Assembly (NCBI GenBank): GCA_019912845.1
Contig: JAIOHU010000137.1
Location: 20,765 to 84,764 of the forward strand
Source: a bacterium
Lineage (GTDB): Bacteria > Electryoneota > Electryoneia > Electryoneales > Electryoneaceae
Direction: 5' to 3'
Length of the DNA stretch: 64,000 nucleotides
Positions within the stretch are counted from its first letter, which is position 1; the number at the start of each line of letters is the position of its first letter. Of the stretch, positions 1-9,166 are shown in pieces. The notes under the pieces are model-generated. The model did not search any database and had not been told where the DNA came from. It was given only the letters and a program-made list of their open reading frames with translations. The position numbers and the translations under genes were made by a program.

Positions 1-87
1 GCACGCATGGCGACCAAAAATGGACGTAAGGTGCTGAAAAGAAGGCGTGCAAAGGGCAGAAAAAGACTGACTGTTTCGGATGCCTGA
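1..87 (+). CDS. rpmH: 50S ribosomal protein L34, 3' part (5' end outside window)
   Basis: Manual translation [28 protein letters not shown]; lies directly upstream of rnpA-yidD-yidC. Confidence 0.97.
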   Translation, partial: ARMATKNGRKVLKRRRAKGRKRLTVSDA

Positions 88-453
88 GTTACCTCAAACC
101 TTGCATAAGGAGGAAATCCTCCGTTCCGGTACTGCCATTCAAAAATTGTTTCGTGATGGTAACAGGGTGTCCGTGTTCGGTATCACCCTTTTTTTTTACC
201 ATCTCGGTTGCGAAGATTTGCAGTAGTTGTACCAAAAGCTGTTGCTGCCAATGCCGTCAGAAGAAATTATGCAAGAAGACGTATTCGTGAGTATTTCCGC
301 AGGAATAAAATTAAATTCCCCGCTGAAACTGATATGCTTTTGAAAATTTACAAGTATCCGAAAGACTGGAATCGGTTTTTTTCCTCCCTTGAAACTCTTC
401 TTCACCAGGTTGAGCACAGGGCGATGGAAAATAAACGTTCCGAAACAAGATGA
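80..453 (+). CDS. rnpA: Ribonuclease P protein component, frameshifted at the T9 run 189-197
   Basis: ATG at 80 gives [30 protein letters not shown]..; the RNR motif ([13 protein letters not shown]) is in another frame (208-453); one extra T joins them into 124 aa. Confidence 0.9.
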
Positions 454-725
454 TGGTAGCTGAAATCTCCAGTAAATTGAATAGACTGGCTGTCGTTCTG
501 GTAGCACTGCCTCTGTTGAGGCTATACCATTTTATTGGGTCGCCATTTTTTACATTTATCGGTAGTCGTTGCCGGTTTTACCCAAGTTGCAGCCATTATT
601 CCGAAGAGGCATTTCGTATTCATGGATTTATACGCGGTTTGTATCTGTCTACAATACGTGTTGCCAAGTGTAATCCTCTTCACCCCGGCGGCATTGACCC
701 AGTTCCTGGCAGCAATGAGAACTAA
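450..725 (+). CDS. yidD: Membrane protein insertion efficiency factor YidD
   Basis: [25 protein letters not shown] motif; synteny. Confidence 0.96.
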   Translation: MMVAEISSKLNRLAVVLVALPLLRLYHFIGSPFFTFIGSRCRFYPSCSHYSEEAFRIHGFIRGLYLSTIRVAKCNPLHPGGIDPVPGSNEN

Positions 726-772
726 AACATATATACGCAGGTGCGAATACCTGAATATGGTACGGTAAAATA

Positions 773-2548
773 ATGGATCGTAATTCAATTCTCGGCTTTA
801 TCCTGATTGGCGTTATTCTGTTGACAATGCCATATTATTTAAAATTACTCGCTCCCCCCGAGGAACCCGGTGTTGCTGATACAACAAGGGTTCAAGCTCC
901 GATTGACCCTACAAAACAGTTTGACGCTGCTGTAGGAAACCCTTCGCAGGATCAATTTTCTACTGGATTCAAAGAGCAGGCTCAAGCTGTCAAATCAGAT
1001 AGCAACCAAGCCAAGGTAAAAACTGTAATCATTGAGACTCCACTGTACTCTGCGGAATTCAGTACACTCGGCGCTTCTGTTCAATCCTGGATCATCAAGC
1101 CGACAAAACCTTATCTGCAATCCTCAGAACAGATGATACGTGCACGTTATGCAAACCGTAATCTGGTCTTGCTCGCTAGAGGGGGAACTGGCTTACTTCG
1201 TACTGAGGAGAAAGTCTTTGAACCTTCTGCACTTCAAGTGGCTCTTAAAAAAGGTGACCGACCGAAAAAGTTAACTTTCACGTTACCACTGGAGAATGGG
1301 GGGTATTATAAGGAAACCTACACCATTTATCCTGATCTGTATAAAATGGATATTGAAATTGAAAGCCGTGGACTTGGCGATTTAACAGGTGCGGTCAGTG
1401 CCCTCTTTACGTGGGGAGGGGCTCTGGAGGCAACAGAGAAAGATTCCTCCCAGGATCTTTTCTATACCGAAGCTTCATACCAGATGAACCGTTCCATGGA
1501 AAAGTTCAAACCAAAAGGAAAGAAGTATGAGGAAGAGGTACCTATCGGTCCAACTGATTGGGTAGCTCAACGTGTTAAGTATTTTGTTATGGCACTCGAT
1601 CCCGAAACGCCTGCCGATGGTGCTCGACTCTCTTCCTGGCCGGATACCCTCTATCAGGGTCAACATACACCAAAGCTGATAGAAACAGGATTGCTTTTTT
1701 CACTAAAGAATGGCGAATTAGATCATAAAATCACATTGTACCTCGGACCTTTGGACAAACAGTTGATTTCCGCTGTTGATCCCTCTCTGCAGCAGACCAT
1801 GTCCTGGGGATGGCCAATCATTAAACCATTTTCTATAGCGGTACTCTGGACATTAGAGTTTCTGCATAGATTTATCCCGAATTATGGTCTCGTATTGATC
1901 ATTTTCTCCATTCTTATTAAGATAATTGTCTGGCCCCTGACCCATAAATCTCATGAATCCATGAAGCGGATGCAGTTACTTCAGCCGAAGATTAAGGAGA
2001 TTCAGGAAAAGCATAAGAATAACCCTCAGCATGCCCAAAAAGAGATTATGGCGATGTACAAGGAGCATAAGGTTAATCCCATGGGTGGGTGCTGGCCTGT
2101 AGCTCTACAGATGCCGTTGCTTTATTCTCTCTTTATAATCTTTCGCTCTACAATAGAGTTACGTGGTGCATCATTCGTTCTTTGGATCAAAGACCTATCG
2201 ATGCCCGATGTTTTATTTGAATTACCTTTTTCAATACCTCTATATGGTGATCATGTCGCATTGTTGCCTTTTATTATGTCTGCAAGTACCTATATGCAGT
2301 CAAAACAAACAATGACAGAACCATCGCAGAAACCAATGTTATACATGATGCCAATCATGTTTATCTTTCTGTTTAATAATTTTCCAAGTGGATTAACCTT
2401 GTATTATACATTGTTTAATCTACTTAGCTGGGCACAACAGCACTATATGAAGGTTAAAGCTCCTGATATCGACAAAGAGCTTAATGAAGTAAAGATGTCT
2501 AAGGCTAGAGCAGAGAGTAAAAAGGGTAAAAAACAACTTAAAAAATAA
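773..2548 (+). CDS. yidC: Membrane protein insertase YidC
   Basis: N-terminal TM, periplasmic domain, NYGLVLIIFSILIKI, KVNPMGGCWP, FPSGLTLYY motifs. Confidence 0.97.
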   Translation: MDRNSILGFILIGVILLTMPYYLKLLAPPEEPGVADTTRVQAPIDPTKQFDAAVGNPSQDQFSTGFKEQAQAVKSDSNQAKVKTVIIETPLYSAEFSTLGASVQSWIIKPTKPYLQSSEQMIRARYANRNLVLLARGGTGLLRTEEKVFEPSALQVALKKGDRPKKLTFTLPLENGGYYKETYTIYPDLYKMDIEIESRGLGDLTGAVSALFTWGGALEATEKDSSQDLFYTEASYQMNRSMEKFKPKGKKYEEEVPIGPTDWVAQRVKYFVMALDPETPADGARLSSWPDTLYQGQHTPKLIETGLLFSLKNGELDHKITLYLGPLDKQLISAVDPSLQQTMSWGWPIIKPFSIAVLWTLEFLHRFIPNYGLVLIIFSILIKIIVWPLTHKSHESMKRMQLLQPKIKEIQEKHKNNPQHAQKEIMAMYKEHKVNPMGGCWPVALQMPLLYSLFIIFRSTIELRGASFVLWIKDLSMPDVLFELPFSIPLYGDHVALLPFIMSASTYMQSKQTMTEPSQKPMLYMMPIMFIFLFNNFPSGLTLYYTLFNLLSWAQQHYMKVKAPDIDKELNEVKMSKARAESKKGKKQLKK

Positions 2549-2579
2549 ACATACGCTTTTGATTGAGTAATATGAGTTA

Positions 2580-3920
2580 ATGAACAGTTTTAATGATACA
2601 ATTGCAGCTATTGCAACCCCTGATGGCACAGGAGCCTTGGGGGTTGTCCGTTTGACCGGAGCTCAATCCCTGAACATTGCATCGCAAATGGTAGCTCCTT
2701 CCGGAAAAATGCTTCCTATTAAACCACAATTTGCAAGTTTGTTCGGAATCATTGATGGAGATGGCGACCTCATTGACCAAGCGGTTGTTTTATATTGGAA
2801 GTCTCCCAGATCGTTTACCGGCGAGGATATGGTCGAGTTTTCATGTCACGGGGGAAGAGAGGTGCTTCGTGCAGTCTATACTAGACTTCTCGAGTTAGGT
2901 GCAAGAGCTGCAGAAGCTGGCGAATTTACCCGGCGAGCTTTCCTTAATGGTAAAATGAGCCTCGATCAGACTGAAGCGGTAGCAGCATTAATAGAATCTC
3001 GAACAAGATCGGCTGTTAAGGTCTCGGCACGGATACTTGATGGCGGTTTACGCAGTAAAATCGAAGCGATACGTCAAGAGTTGATTGATATAATCTCACG
3101 TATTGAATTAGCACTTGATTTTGTTGAAGAAGAGTTGGACCATGAGTTTGCAAAGGTGACCTTACCTGGATTAGAGGAGCTCAATAAAACAGTCGATGAA
3201 TACATTCGGCAGTACGAGTCTGGAAAATTTCTCCGAAATGGTGCGAATGTGGTTATAGCTGGTCCTCCGAATGCTGGAAAGTCCACCCTGATGAATACGC
3301 TTGCTGGTTTTGAACGTGCGATTGTCAGTGATACACCTGGTACAACACGCGATTTTATTGATGTAACCCTGGACTGGAATGGAATTCCAATACGTCTATA
3401 TGATACCGCTGGTTTACGTGAGGCGATTGATGAAATTGAAAAAGTAGGCACTCTTAAAACTCGACAATTATTTGAGCACGCTGATGTTGTTGTCTGGTTG
3501 ATGTCACCACCAGGATTTGAAAAGCCTGACCACGAATTAGGAAAATTCAACAATTTGATAACTGTAGCAAATAAGAGCGACCTTTTCGAGGACATACTAA
3601 TAGACCCTGTTGCTGACCTTACTATCAGCGCTAAATATCATGATGGCGTGGAGGAGTTGCAGAATCTTGTAACACGTTTTTTATTAAAAGATTACGATCC
3701 TGGTGATCTCCTTGTTCTGGAACAACGGCAAGCCTCTCTACTACAACAGGCTAGTGATTTGATTCGCTCTGGTTCAATCAACCTCGAGACGAACCTGGGC
3801 TTGGAACTTGTTGTTACGGATTTACGTTCAGCGTTAAATTTAATCGGCGAAATCACAGGAGCTGTAAGCAGTCAGGATATTTTACACGCTATTTTCAGCC
3901 GTTTCTGTATCGGAAAATAA
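2580..3920 (+). CDS. mnmE: tRNA modification GTPase MnmE
   Basis: DTIAAIATP, GPPNAGKS, PGTTRD, DTAG, C-terminal FCIGK. Confidence 0.98.
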   Translation: MNSFNDTIAAIATPDGTGALGVVRLTGAQSLNIASQMVAPSGKMLPIKPQFASLFGIIDGDGDLIDQAVVLYWKSPRSFTGEDMVEFSCHGGREVLRAVYTRLLELGARAAEAGEFTRRAFLNGKMSLDQTEAVAALIESRTRSAVKVSARILDGGLRSKIEAIRQELIDIISRIELALDFVEEELDHEFAKVTLPGLEELNKTVDEYIRQYESGKFLRNGANVVIAGPPNAGKSTLMNTLAGFERAIVSDTPGTTRDFIDVTLDWNGIPIRLYDTAGLREAIDEIEKVGTLKTRQLFEHADVVVWLMSPPGFEKPDHELGKFNNLITVANKSDLFEDILIDPVADLTISAKYHDGVEELQNLVTRFLLKDYDPGDLLVLEQRQASLLQQASDLIRSGSINLETNLGLELVVTDLRSALNLIGEITGAVSSQDILHAIFSRFCIGK

Positions 3921-3922
3921 TT

Positions 3923-3938
3923 TGTTCCACGTGAAACA
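3923..3938. promoter_or_regulatory. parS centromere site 1
   Basis: TGTTCCACGTGAAACA, one mismatch to the palindromic parS consensus TGTTTCACGTGAAACA. Confidence 0.92.
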
Positions 3939-3960
3939 CCTGCTCATTCCAGCACCCAGA

Positions 3961-3976
3961 TGTTCCACGTGAAACA
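3961..3976. promoter_or_regulatory. parS centromere site 2
   Basis: Identical TGTTCCACGTGAAACA starting 38 bp after site 1. Confidence 0.92.
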
Positions 3977-3999
3977 CGCTTTCAGGAATATTCTCAGTT

Positions 4000-5868
4000 A
4001 TGTATGATTTACTCATTATTGGTGGGGGACATGCAGGCGTAGAAGCTGCAACCGCTGCAGCTCGTGTAGGCGTGAAGGTCGGTCTCATCACACGTGAACG
4101 TGTGGCACTGGCGCGTCTCTCATGCAACCCTGCCATGGGCGGAACTGCGAAGGGACAACTCGTTAAGGAACTGGATGCTTTAGGCGGCATTATGCCAATT
4201 GCAACAGACCTCTCCGCAATACAGTACAGAATGCTAAATAAATCTAAAGGTCCCGCTGTCTGGTCACCAAGAGCACAAGTTGACAGGGATACATACACGC
4301 AATCAATAGATGCCATTATTAGTGAACGTTATCCTGATATCGATATTATTGAAAACGAAGCTGTTGGGATAGCTACGAATGCCAGTGGTGTAGCAGGCGT
4401 GATGGTTAAAGGGGGAGAAGGGGCAATTCCCTGTAAGGCTGTCGTTATTTGCAGTGGTACCTTTTTACGGGGATTGGTACATGTAGGTGCTGAAAACTGG
4501 GAATCCGGTCGCTATAAAGAAGAACCTTCCAACCACCTTTCAGCAAATCTATCCGCACTAGGGTTTCCCCTGCTTCGTTTCAAAACAGGTACACCCCCCA
4601 GAATAATAAAGGAAACAGTTAACTTATCCATAATGGAACAACAGGATAGCGATGAAAATATCTGGTTCTTCAGTCACGAAACAAACAAACGCCACCTAAA
4701 CCAATATCCCTGTTTTCGTACCCACACCAATCAAACTACTCATGAAATAATCGGAGACAAAATTTCACTTTCACCCATGTTCAACGGTACAATTAAGTCA
4801 GTTGGTCCGCGATATTGTCCTTCGATTGAAGATAAGGTTCATCGTTTTCCAGATAGAAATAGTCATCCCCTGATATTTGAACCAGAGGGCATTGACCATC
4901 CCTGGTTATATATCAACGGATTTTCTTCGAGTCTTCCAGAAGAAGTACAACTACAGGCACTTCGTACAATTGATGGATGCGAGGAAGCTGTTATCGGGCG
5001 ACCGGGATATGCGGTAGAATATGATGTTGTACCACCACGTGAACTACGTAACACTCTGGAAACAAGACGAATCCCCGGGCTCTACCTGGCTGGACAACTT
5101 TCAGGTACATCGGGATATGAAGAAGCAGCGGTTCAAGGTTTGATAGCAGGCGCGAATGCAGCTCTGAAAATACTCAATCGAAATCCTCTTGTTCCAGGAA
5201 GAAACGATGCCTATATCGGCGTACTCATTGACGACTTAATAACTCTCGATCCTGACGAACCCTATAGAATGTTCACCAGCCGTGCAGAATATCGTCTGCT
5301 TCTCAGGCAGGATAACGCGGAAGAACGCCTCTCTGAAATGGCGTTTTCTGCGGGATTGATAGGCGAAGAGAGAATCGAAAATATCAGGGAGAGGATGGCT
5401 TCTGCCAAGTCCTGGGTCGAACGCCTGCATTCTGTAAAAACTCGAAGAGATACGGTTGTTAAAAACGATAAGGAACCAGAAAAGGTTGAAAGTGCGGCTC
5501 AACTATTGAAACGTCCTGAAGTAACACTTGATATGCTTATCGAATCTCTCGATGGTAAACTTAATCACGGTCTCAATATGTCGAAACAGACCAGGGACGC
5601 TGCTGAAATTGAAGTTGTTTACGAAGGATATATCAATCGTCAGAAAAGAGAGGTAGAGCGTCTGAAAAAGCAGGAAGAACGTGCAATCCCAGAAAACTTT
5701 GATTATACTATGTTGAAGGGACTTTCTGCTGAATCAAAATTAAAACTTGAAAATCACAGACCCTCTACAATTGGTCAGGCATCCAGGTTGTCAGGTGTAA
5801 CCCCTTCAGACCTTGCCATTTTAACGGTCTATATTAAACGTCACCAAACTCTTTCTCAGGATTCATGA
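4000..5868 (+). CDS. mnmG: tRNA uridine-5-carboxymethylaminomethyl synthesis enzyme MnmG (GidA)
   Basis: [43 protein letters not shown]. Confidence 0.98.
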   Translation: MYDLLIIGGGHAGVEAATAAARVGVKVGLITRERVALARLSCNPAMGGTAKGQLVKELDALGGIMPIATDLSAIQYRMLNKSKGPAVWSPRAQVDRDTYTQSIDAIISERYPDIDIIENEAVGIATNASGVAGVMVKGGEGAIPCKAVVICSGTFLRGLVHVGAENWESGRYKEEPSNHLSANLSALGFPLLRFKTGTPPRIIKETVNLSIMEQQDSDENIWFFSHETNKRHLNQYPCFRTHTNQTTHEIIGDKISLSPMFNGTIKSVGPRYCPSIEDKVHRFPDRNSHPLIFEPEGIDHPWLYINGFSSSLPEEVQLQALRTIDGCEEAVIGRPGYAVEYDVVPPRELRNTLETRRIPGLYLAGQLSGTSGYEEAAVQGLIAGANAALKILNRNPLVPGRNDAYIGVLIDDLITLDPDEPYRMFTSRAEYRLLLRQDNAEERLSEMAFSAGLIGEERIENIRERMASAKSWVERLHSVKTRRDTVVKNDKEPEKVESAAQLLKRPEVTLDMLIESLDGKLNHGLNMSKQTRDAAEIEVVYEGYINRQKREVERLKKQEERAIPENFDYTMLKGLSAESKLKLENHRPSTIGQASRLSGVTPSDLAILTVYIKRHQTLSQDS

Positions 5869-6647
5869 ACAAAGGACCTTATAAATCAAGCTCCGCGAGC
5901 AAACGTCACAAAGACAGTGACTCTCGTAAACCATCAGGCACCCCCAAGCGAAGTCGATATAAGAAAATCAAAACGTCGCCCCCTCCAATAATCGATCCTA
6001 CGCATGTAGTCCCAATCTCTTCGGCAAATGTTCAGAAAGAACTTGATAAACTCGAACATAAATTTTCTGACGAACAATTTTCTCTATTTGTTGATTATCT
6101 CATCTTAGTCCGTGAATTGAATGGGGAGATAAACCTGGTCTCCCGTAAAAACGCCGAGGAAGTGCTACTTAGTTCACTTTATGAAAGTCTTGCTCCAATA
6201 AAAAATGATAGCTGGAAGGGTGGGAGCAGCCTGCTGGATATTGGCACAGGTGGAGGGTTTCCGGGGATACCACTTGCCATTGCAATGCCGGATGTACAGT
6301 TCACACTCCTGGATTCACGACGTGCAAAAATTATCGCTTTGAAAAAAATAATATCTGAAATATCGCTTGATAATGTTGAAGTATTGCATGATCGCGCGGA
6401 AATTCTGGCGGATCACTCAGAGAACCGTTATGATATAGCAACGGTGCGGGCTGTGGGTGCTCTTCGGGAAGTGACCCCATGGGTTGGCGGGCTATTGAAC
6501 CCCGGCGGAAAGCTCCTCGCCTGGAAAGGTCCTGAAGGGATGCGCGAAAAAAATGAAATGGATAAGACAAGATGGGAGCTTATTAAGCGAATATCTATTC
6601 AAAAGCATAGATATGTAATGGTATTTAAGTATGTTGTTCCAGATTAA
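5865..6647 (+). CDS. rsmG: 16S rRNA m7G527 methyltransferase RsmG (GidB) with basic N-terminal extension
   Basis: [27 protein letters not shown]; overlaps the mnmG stop. Confidence 0.93.
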   Translation: MNKGPYKSSSASKRHKDSDSRKPSGTPKRSRYKKIKTSPPPIIDPTHVVPISSANVQKELDKLEHKFSDEQFSLFVDYLILVRELNGEINLVSRKNAEEVLLSSLYESLAPIKNDSWKGGSSLLDIGTGGGFPGIPLAIAMPDVQFTLLDSRRAKIIALKKIISEISLDNVEVLHDRAEILADHSENRYDIATVRAVGALREVTPWVGGLLNPGGKLLAWKGPEGMREKNEMDKTRWELIKRISIQKHRYVMVFKYVVPD

Positions 6648-6681
6648 TTGGGTTTATTCTTGTATAATACGCTCTTCATCG

Positions 6682-6690
6682 TGTGGATAA
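6682..6690 (-). promoter_or_regulatory. Isolated perfect DnaA box
   Basis: TGTGGATAA (TTATCCACA on -) in the AT-rich intergenic DNA after rsmG. Confidence 0.5.
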
Positions 6691-6720
6691 TAAACATTAT
6701 ACGGTTTTTCTAATAATTGT

Positions 6721-6755
6721 GCAATTATTGTAGCCGCAAACGCAACAATAATTGC
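6721..6755. terminator. Probable bidirectional terminator hairpin between convergent rsmG and methyltransferase
   Basis: GCAATTATTGT...ACAATAATTGC 11-bp inverted repeat. Confidence 0.55.
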
Positions 6756-6824
6756 TGATATAAAAACAATTATCATTTGTTTTGTACTTCTTTTTATTTT
6801 TCGTTTCCTGTTTCTTGACATTTA

Positions 6825-7670
6825 CTATCCCGTACTTGCAATTCGTCTCTTTGCCCATGTTTCCAAGGTAGGGGAAAAGATATATCGATTGCCACTCATT
6901 TGCTCTACTTTTGATGAAAACAAACCGAACGACCTCTTTGTATATTCGACCCATTTACCTTTCTTTCCGACACCGTATGCATCCCCACTCGTAAGTGCTC
7001 CACCCATTATCTGGAATTCGAGGTTATTTTTGGCGAACAGTTTTTTCATCGTTGCAGTTTCATAATTAAAAGGGTGAAATACTGCCGGGTTCTTAAAACC
7101 TGTTTGAGTGCCAGCAATTTTCCAAAACTCATCAATCTTTCTTACAACCTTGTGGTTTCGTACCCTTAAAAAAAGCAAACCATCATCCAAAAGCAAATCT
7201 GCCGCCCGTTGTATCTCATCAAGTGGATTTTCAACCAGCATCAACACGTCCCAGTAGGTGATCAAATCAAATCTGCTACTTGTTTTTTTCTGCGTCGATA
7301 GAACCCCTGATTTGACGGAATGTCCTCTGCTGTTTGCTATCTCGACCAGTTGTTCTACCGGCTCAATTCCAAATGTTTCCCATCCACGATCTTTTGCTAT
7401 ATCTAAAAATCCTCCAACTCCGCATCCTATGTCCAACACGCTGCCTGGTTTGGATAAGTATTTCTCTGCCTTTCGCAGAACAGCTTGATATAGTTCCTGC
7501 TTACTTTGGTTGATGGCATAGGTCGGGTTTACCGATTCATAATATCCAGTTGAATCTTCGTGTGGTGGATCACGCCAGAGTAGGTTGCAAATTAAACACT
7601 TTCGATACAGAGATTCACCATGCTCTTCGATCTCATTGGATTCTACATTGCAAATAGGACAAGTTTTCAC
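6825..7670 (-). CDS. Class I SAM-dependent methyltransferase with N-terminal CxxC..CxxC
   Basis: CPIC..CLIC, VLDIGCGVGGFL, FDLITYWDVL; type common in polysaccharide loci. Confidence 0.88.
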   Translation of the reverse strand: MKTCPICNVESNEIEEHGESLYRKCLICNLLWRDPPHEDSTGYYESVNPTYAINQSKQELYQAVLRKAEKYLSKPGSVLDIGCGVGGFLDIAKDRGWETFGIEPVEQLVEIANSRGHSVKSGVLSTQKKTSSRFDLITYWDVLMLVENPLDEIQRAADLLLDDGLLFLRVRNHKVVRKIDEFWKIAGTQTGFKNPAVFHPFNYETATMKKLFAKNNLEFQIMGGALTSGDAYGVGKKGKWVEYTKRSFGLFSSKVEQMSGNRYIFSPTLETWAKRRIASTG

Positions 7671-9166
7671 AATTTACCCCCATACGAAGAGAATTCTGCT
7701 TTTTGTTGTTGTTTTATAAAACGCTCGATGGAGTTAATGTCTTGGTCGATTTCCTCTTCCTCCAGAAAACCTGGGAGCACGATGACCATAGCCGTGAGAA
7801 ACCAGAAGGGCTCCATCACACGGACGATAATAAAAGTATTCGCACCGACAGCATGTGTTAGTAACCCAAAAAAGCTGGCTATAAACCCAGCAACAATACC
7901 ATAGTATTGTGGAAACCTTTTCTCATTAATTTTTTTCAAACTTTTCCTTGCATTCACAAAAACGCTTGCGAGTACCCAGGCAAACAGGCTGAATCCCACA
8001 ACACCAGTTTCTACTAGAACACGGAAATATTGTGCATCCTTAAAGCCTGCACCAGTAACTCCATAACCAAATATTGGACGTTTTGTCCATTGCTCCAGCG
8101 TACTTGTCCACGATTGAATTCGGAGAGAGGTAGAAGGATCCAGGCTTGTATCACCCAAATCAACAACATCGGTTCTAAGCGTGTTTTCATCAGAAAAAGT
8201 ATATTCTACACGTTCGATTACCGCTTCAGGAATAAAAGCTGGTGAAGCGAGGACAGTAACAGCCAGCACTGCGATGATATATTTTCGTTTGGGTGAAAAT
8301 GCGATCATGACCAGAATAGAAGGAAAGAATGAAATCCATGAAGAGCGTGACAGGGTGTAGGCGAAAGGAAGCATCATCAACAGTAAAAAAGCCCCTAAAC
8401 CAACCATTGCATTGATTTTTTTTGTGCCTGTCATGATTCCAATGACAATGAACATGATAATTATCAGATACCCGCCAAGTGTGTTAGCTTCACCCGCTTT
8501 CCCTTCAAATGGTGCGGAGACTCGTACCCCGGAAGGAATTTGAATAATTGCATAGACTGACACGATAAATGCGGTCACAAGCAACAGTGTAATATAACGA
8601 TTAAATGTTTTTATGTTTCTAATATGCGAAGAAACCATGAAGTAGATCATGAAATATTGAAAATATTTAACGTTATACAGAATTCCAACCAGTGGTTTGA
8701 CGTCGTTGGTAAATATCCCGAGGATGGTGGAAAACAAGCTGGCGAGAATATAGGCGAAGATCGGTTTGTTCAGCGGGGTTTTGATAAAAATACCGATATC
8801 TTTATTCAGGGCTGTTTTTGCAAGCCAGGAAAGCGTAATGATGCCCAGCAAGACATCATCCACACGAATCACGACATCCCTTTGCGCTGCCATGCTGCCT
8901 TCGGCAGCACCACTACCAGATCCAAATTCAGGTGACAACAACATGGAGAGAATCAGCATGGAAAGAGCAAAGTCGGTGTTCACGAAAGCGAAGAGAAAAA
9001 TTACCACACCAGCAAGGAGGTAAATGGCGAGAGATTCGTTCGCGCCTACAAGCTGGCTGATCCCCAGGGCGGATATAATTATTACAAAAGCTGCCAGGAC
9101 GGAGAAAACTTTAGAGTTAGAGTTAAAAAACGTATCAGAGAGAAAGTTTGCCATCACCAACCTCAC
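7667..9166 (-). CDS. O-antigen ligase / Wzy-like polymerase family membrane protein
   Basis: About 12 hydrophobic segments, EANTLGGYL, TLSRSSW, R..W..RPIFGYG, LVETGVVG. Confidence 0.88.
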   Translation of the reverse strand: MRLVMANFLSDTFFNSNSKVFSVLAAFVIIISALGISQLVGANESLAIYLLAGVVIFLFAFVNTDFALSMLILSMLLSPEFGSGSGAAEGSMAAQRDVVIRVDDVLLGIITLSWLAKTALNKDIGIFIKTPLNKPIFAYILASLFSTILGIFTNDVKPLVGILYNVKYFQYFMIYFMVSSHIRNIKTFNRYITLLLVTAFIVSVYAIIQIPSGVRVSAPFEGKAGEANTLGGYLIIIMFIVIGIMTGTKKINAMVGLGAFLLLMMLPFAYTLSRSSWISFFPSILVMIAFSPKRKYIIAVLAVTVLASPAFIPEAVIERVEYTFSDENTLRTDVVDLGDTSLDPSTSLRIQSWTSTLEQWTKRPIFGYGVTGAGFKDAQYFRVLVETGVVGFSLFAWVLASVFVNARKSLKKINEKRFPQYYGIVAGFIASFFGLLTHAVGANTFIIVRVMEPFWFLTAMVIVLPGFLEEEEIDQDINSIERFIKQQQKAEFSSYGGKL

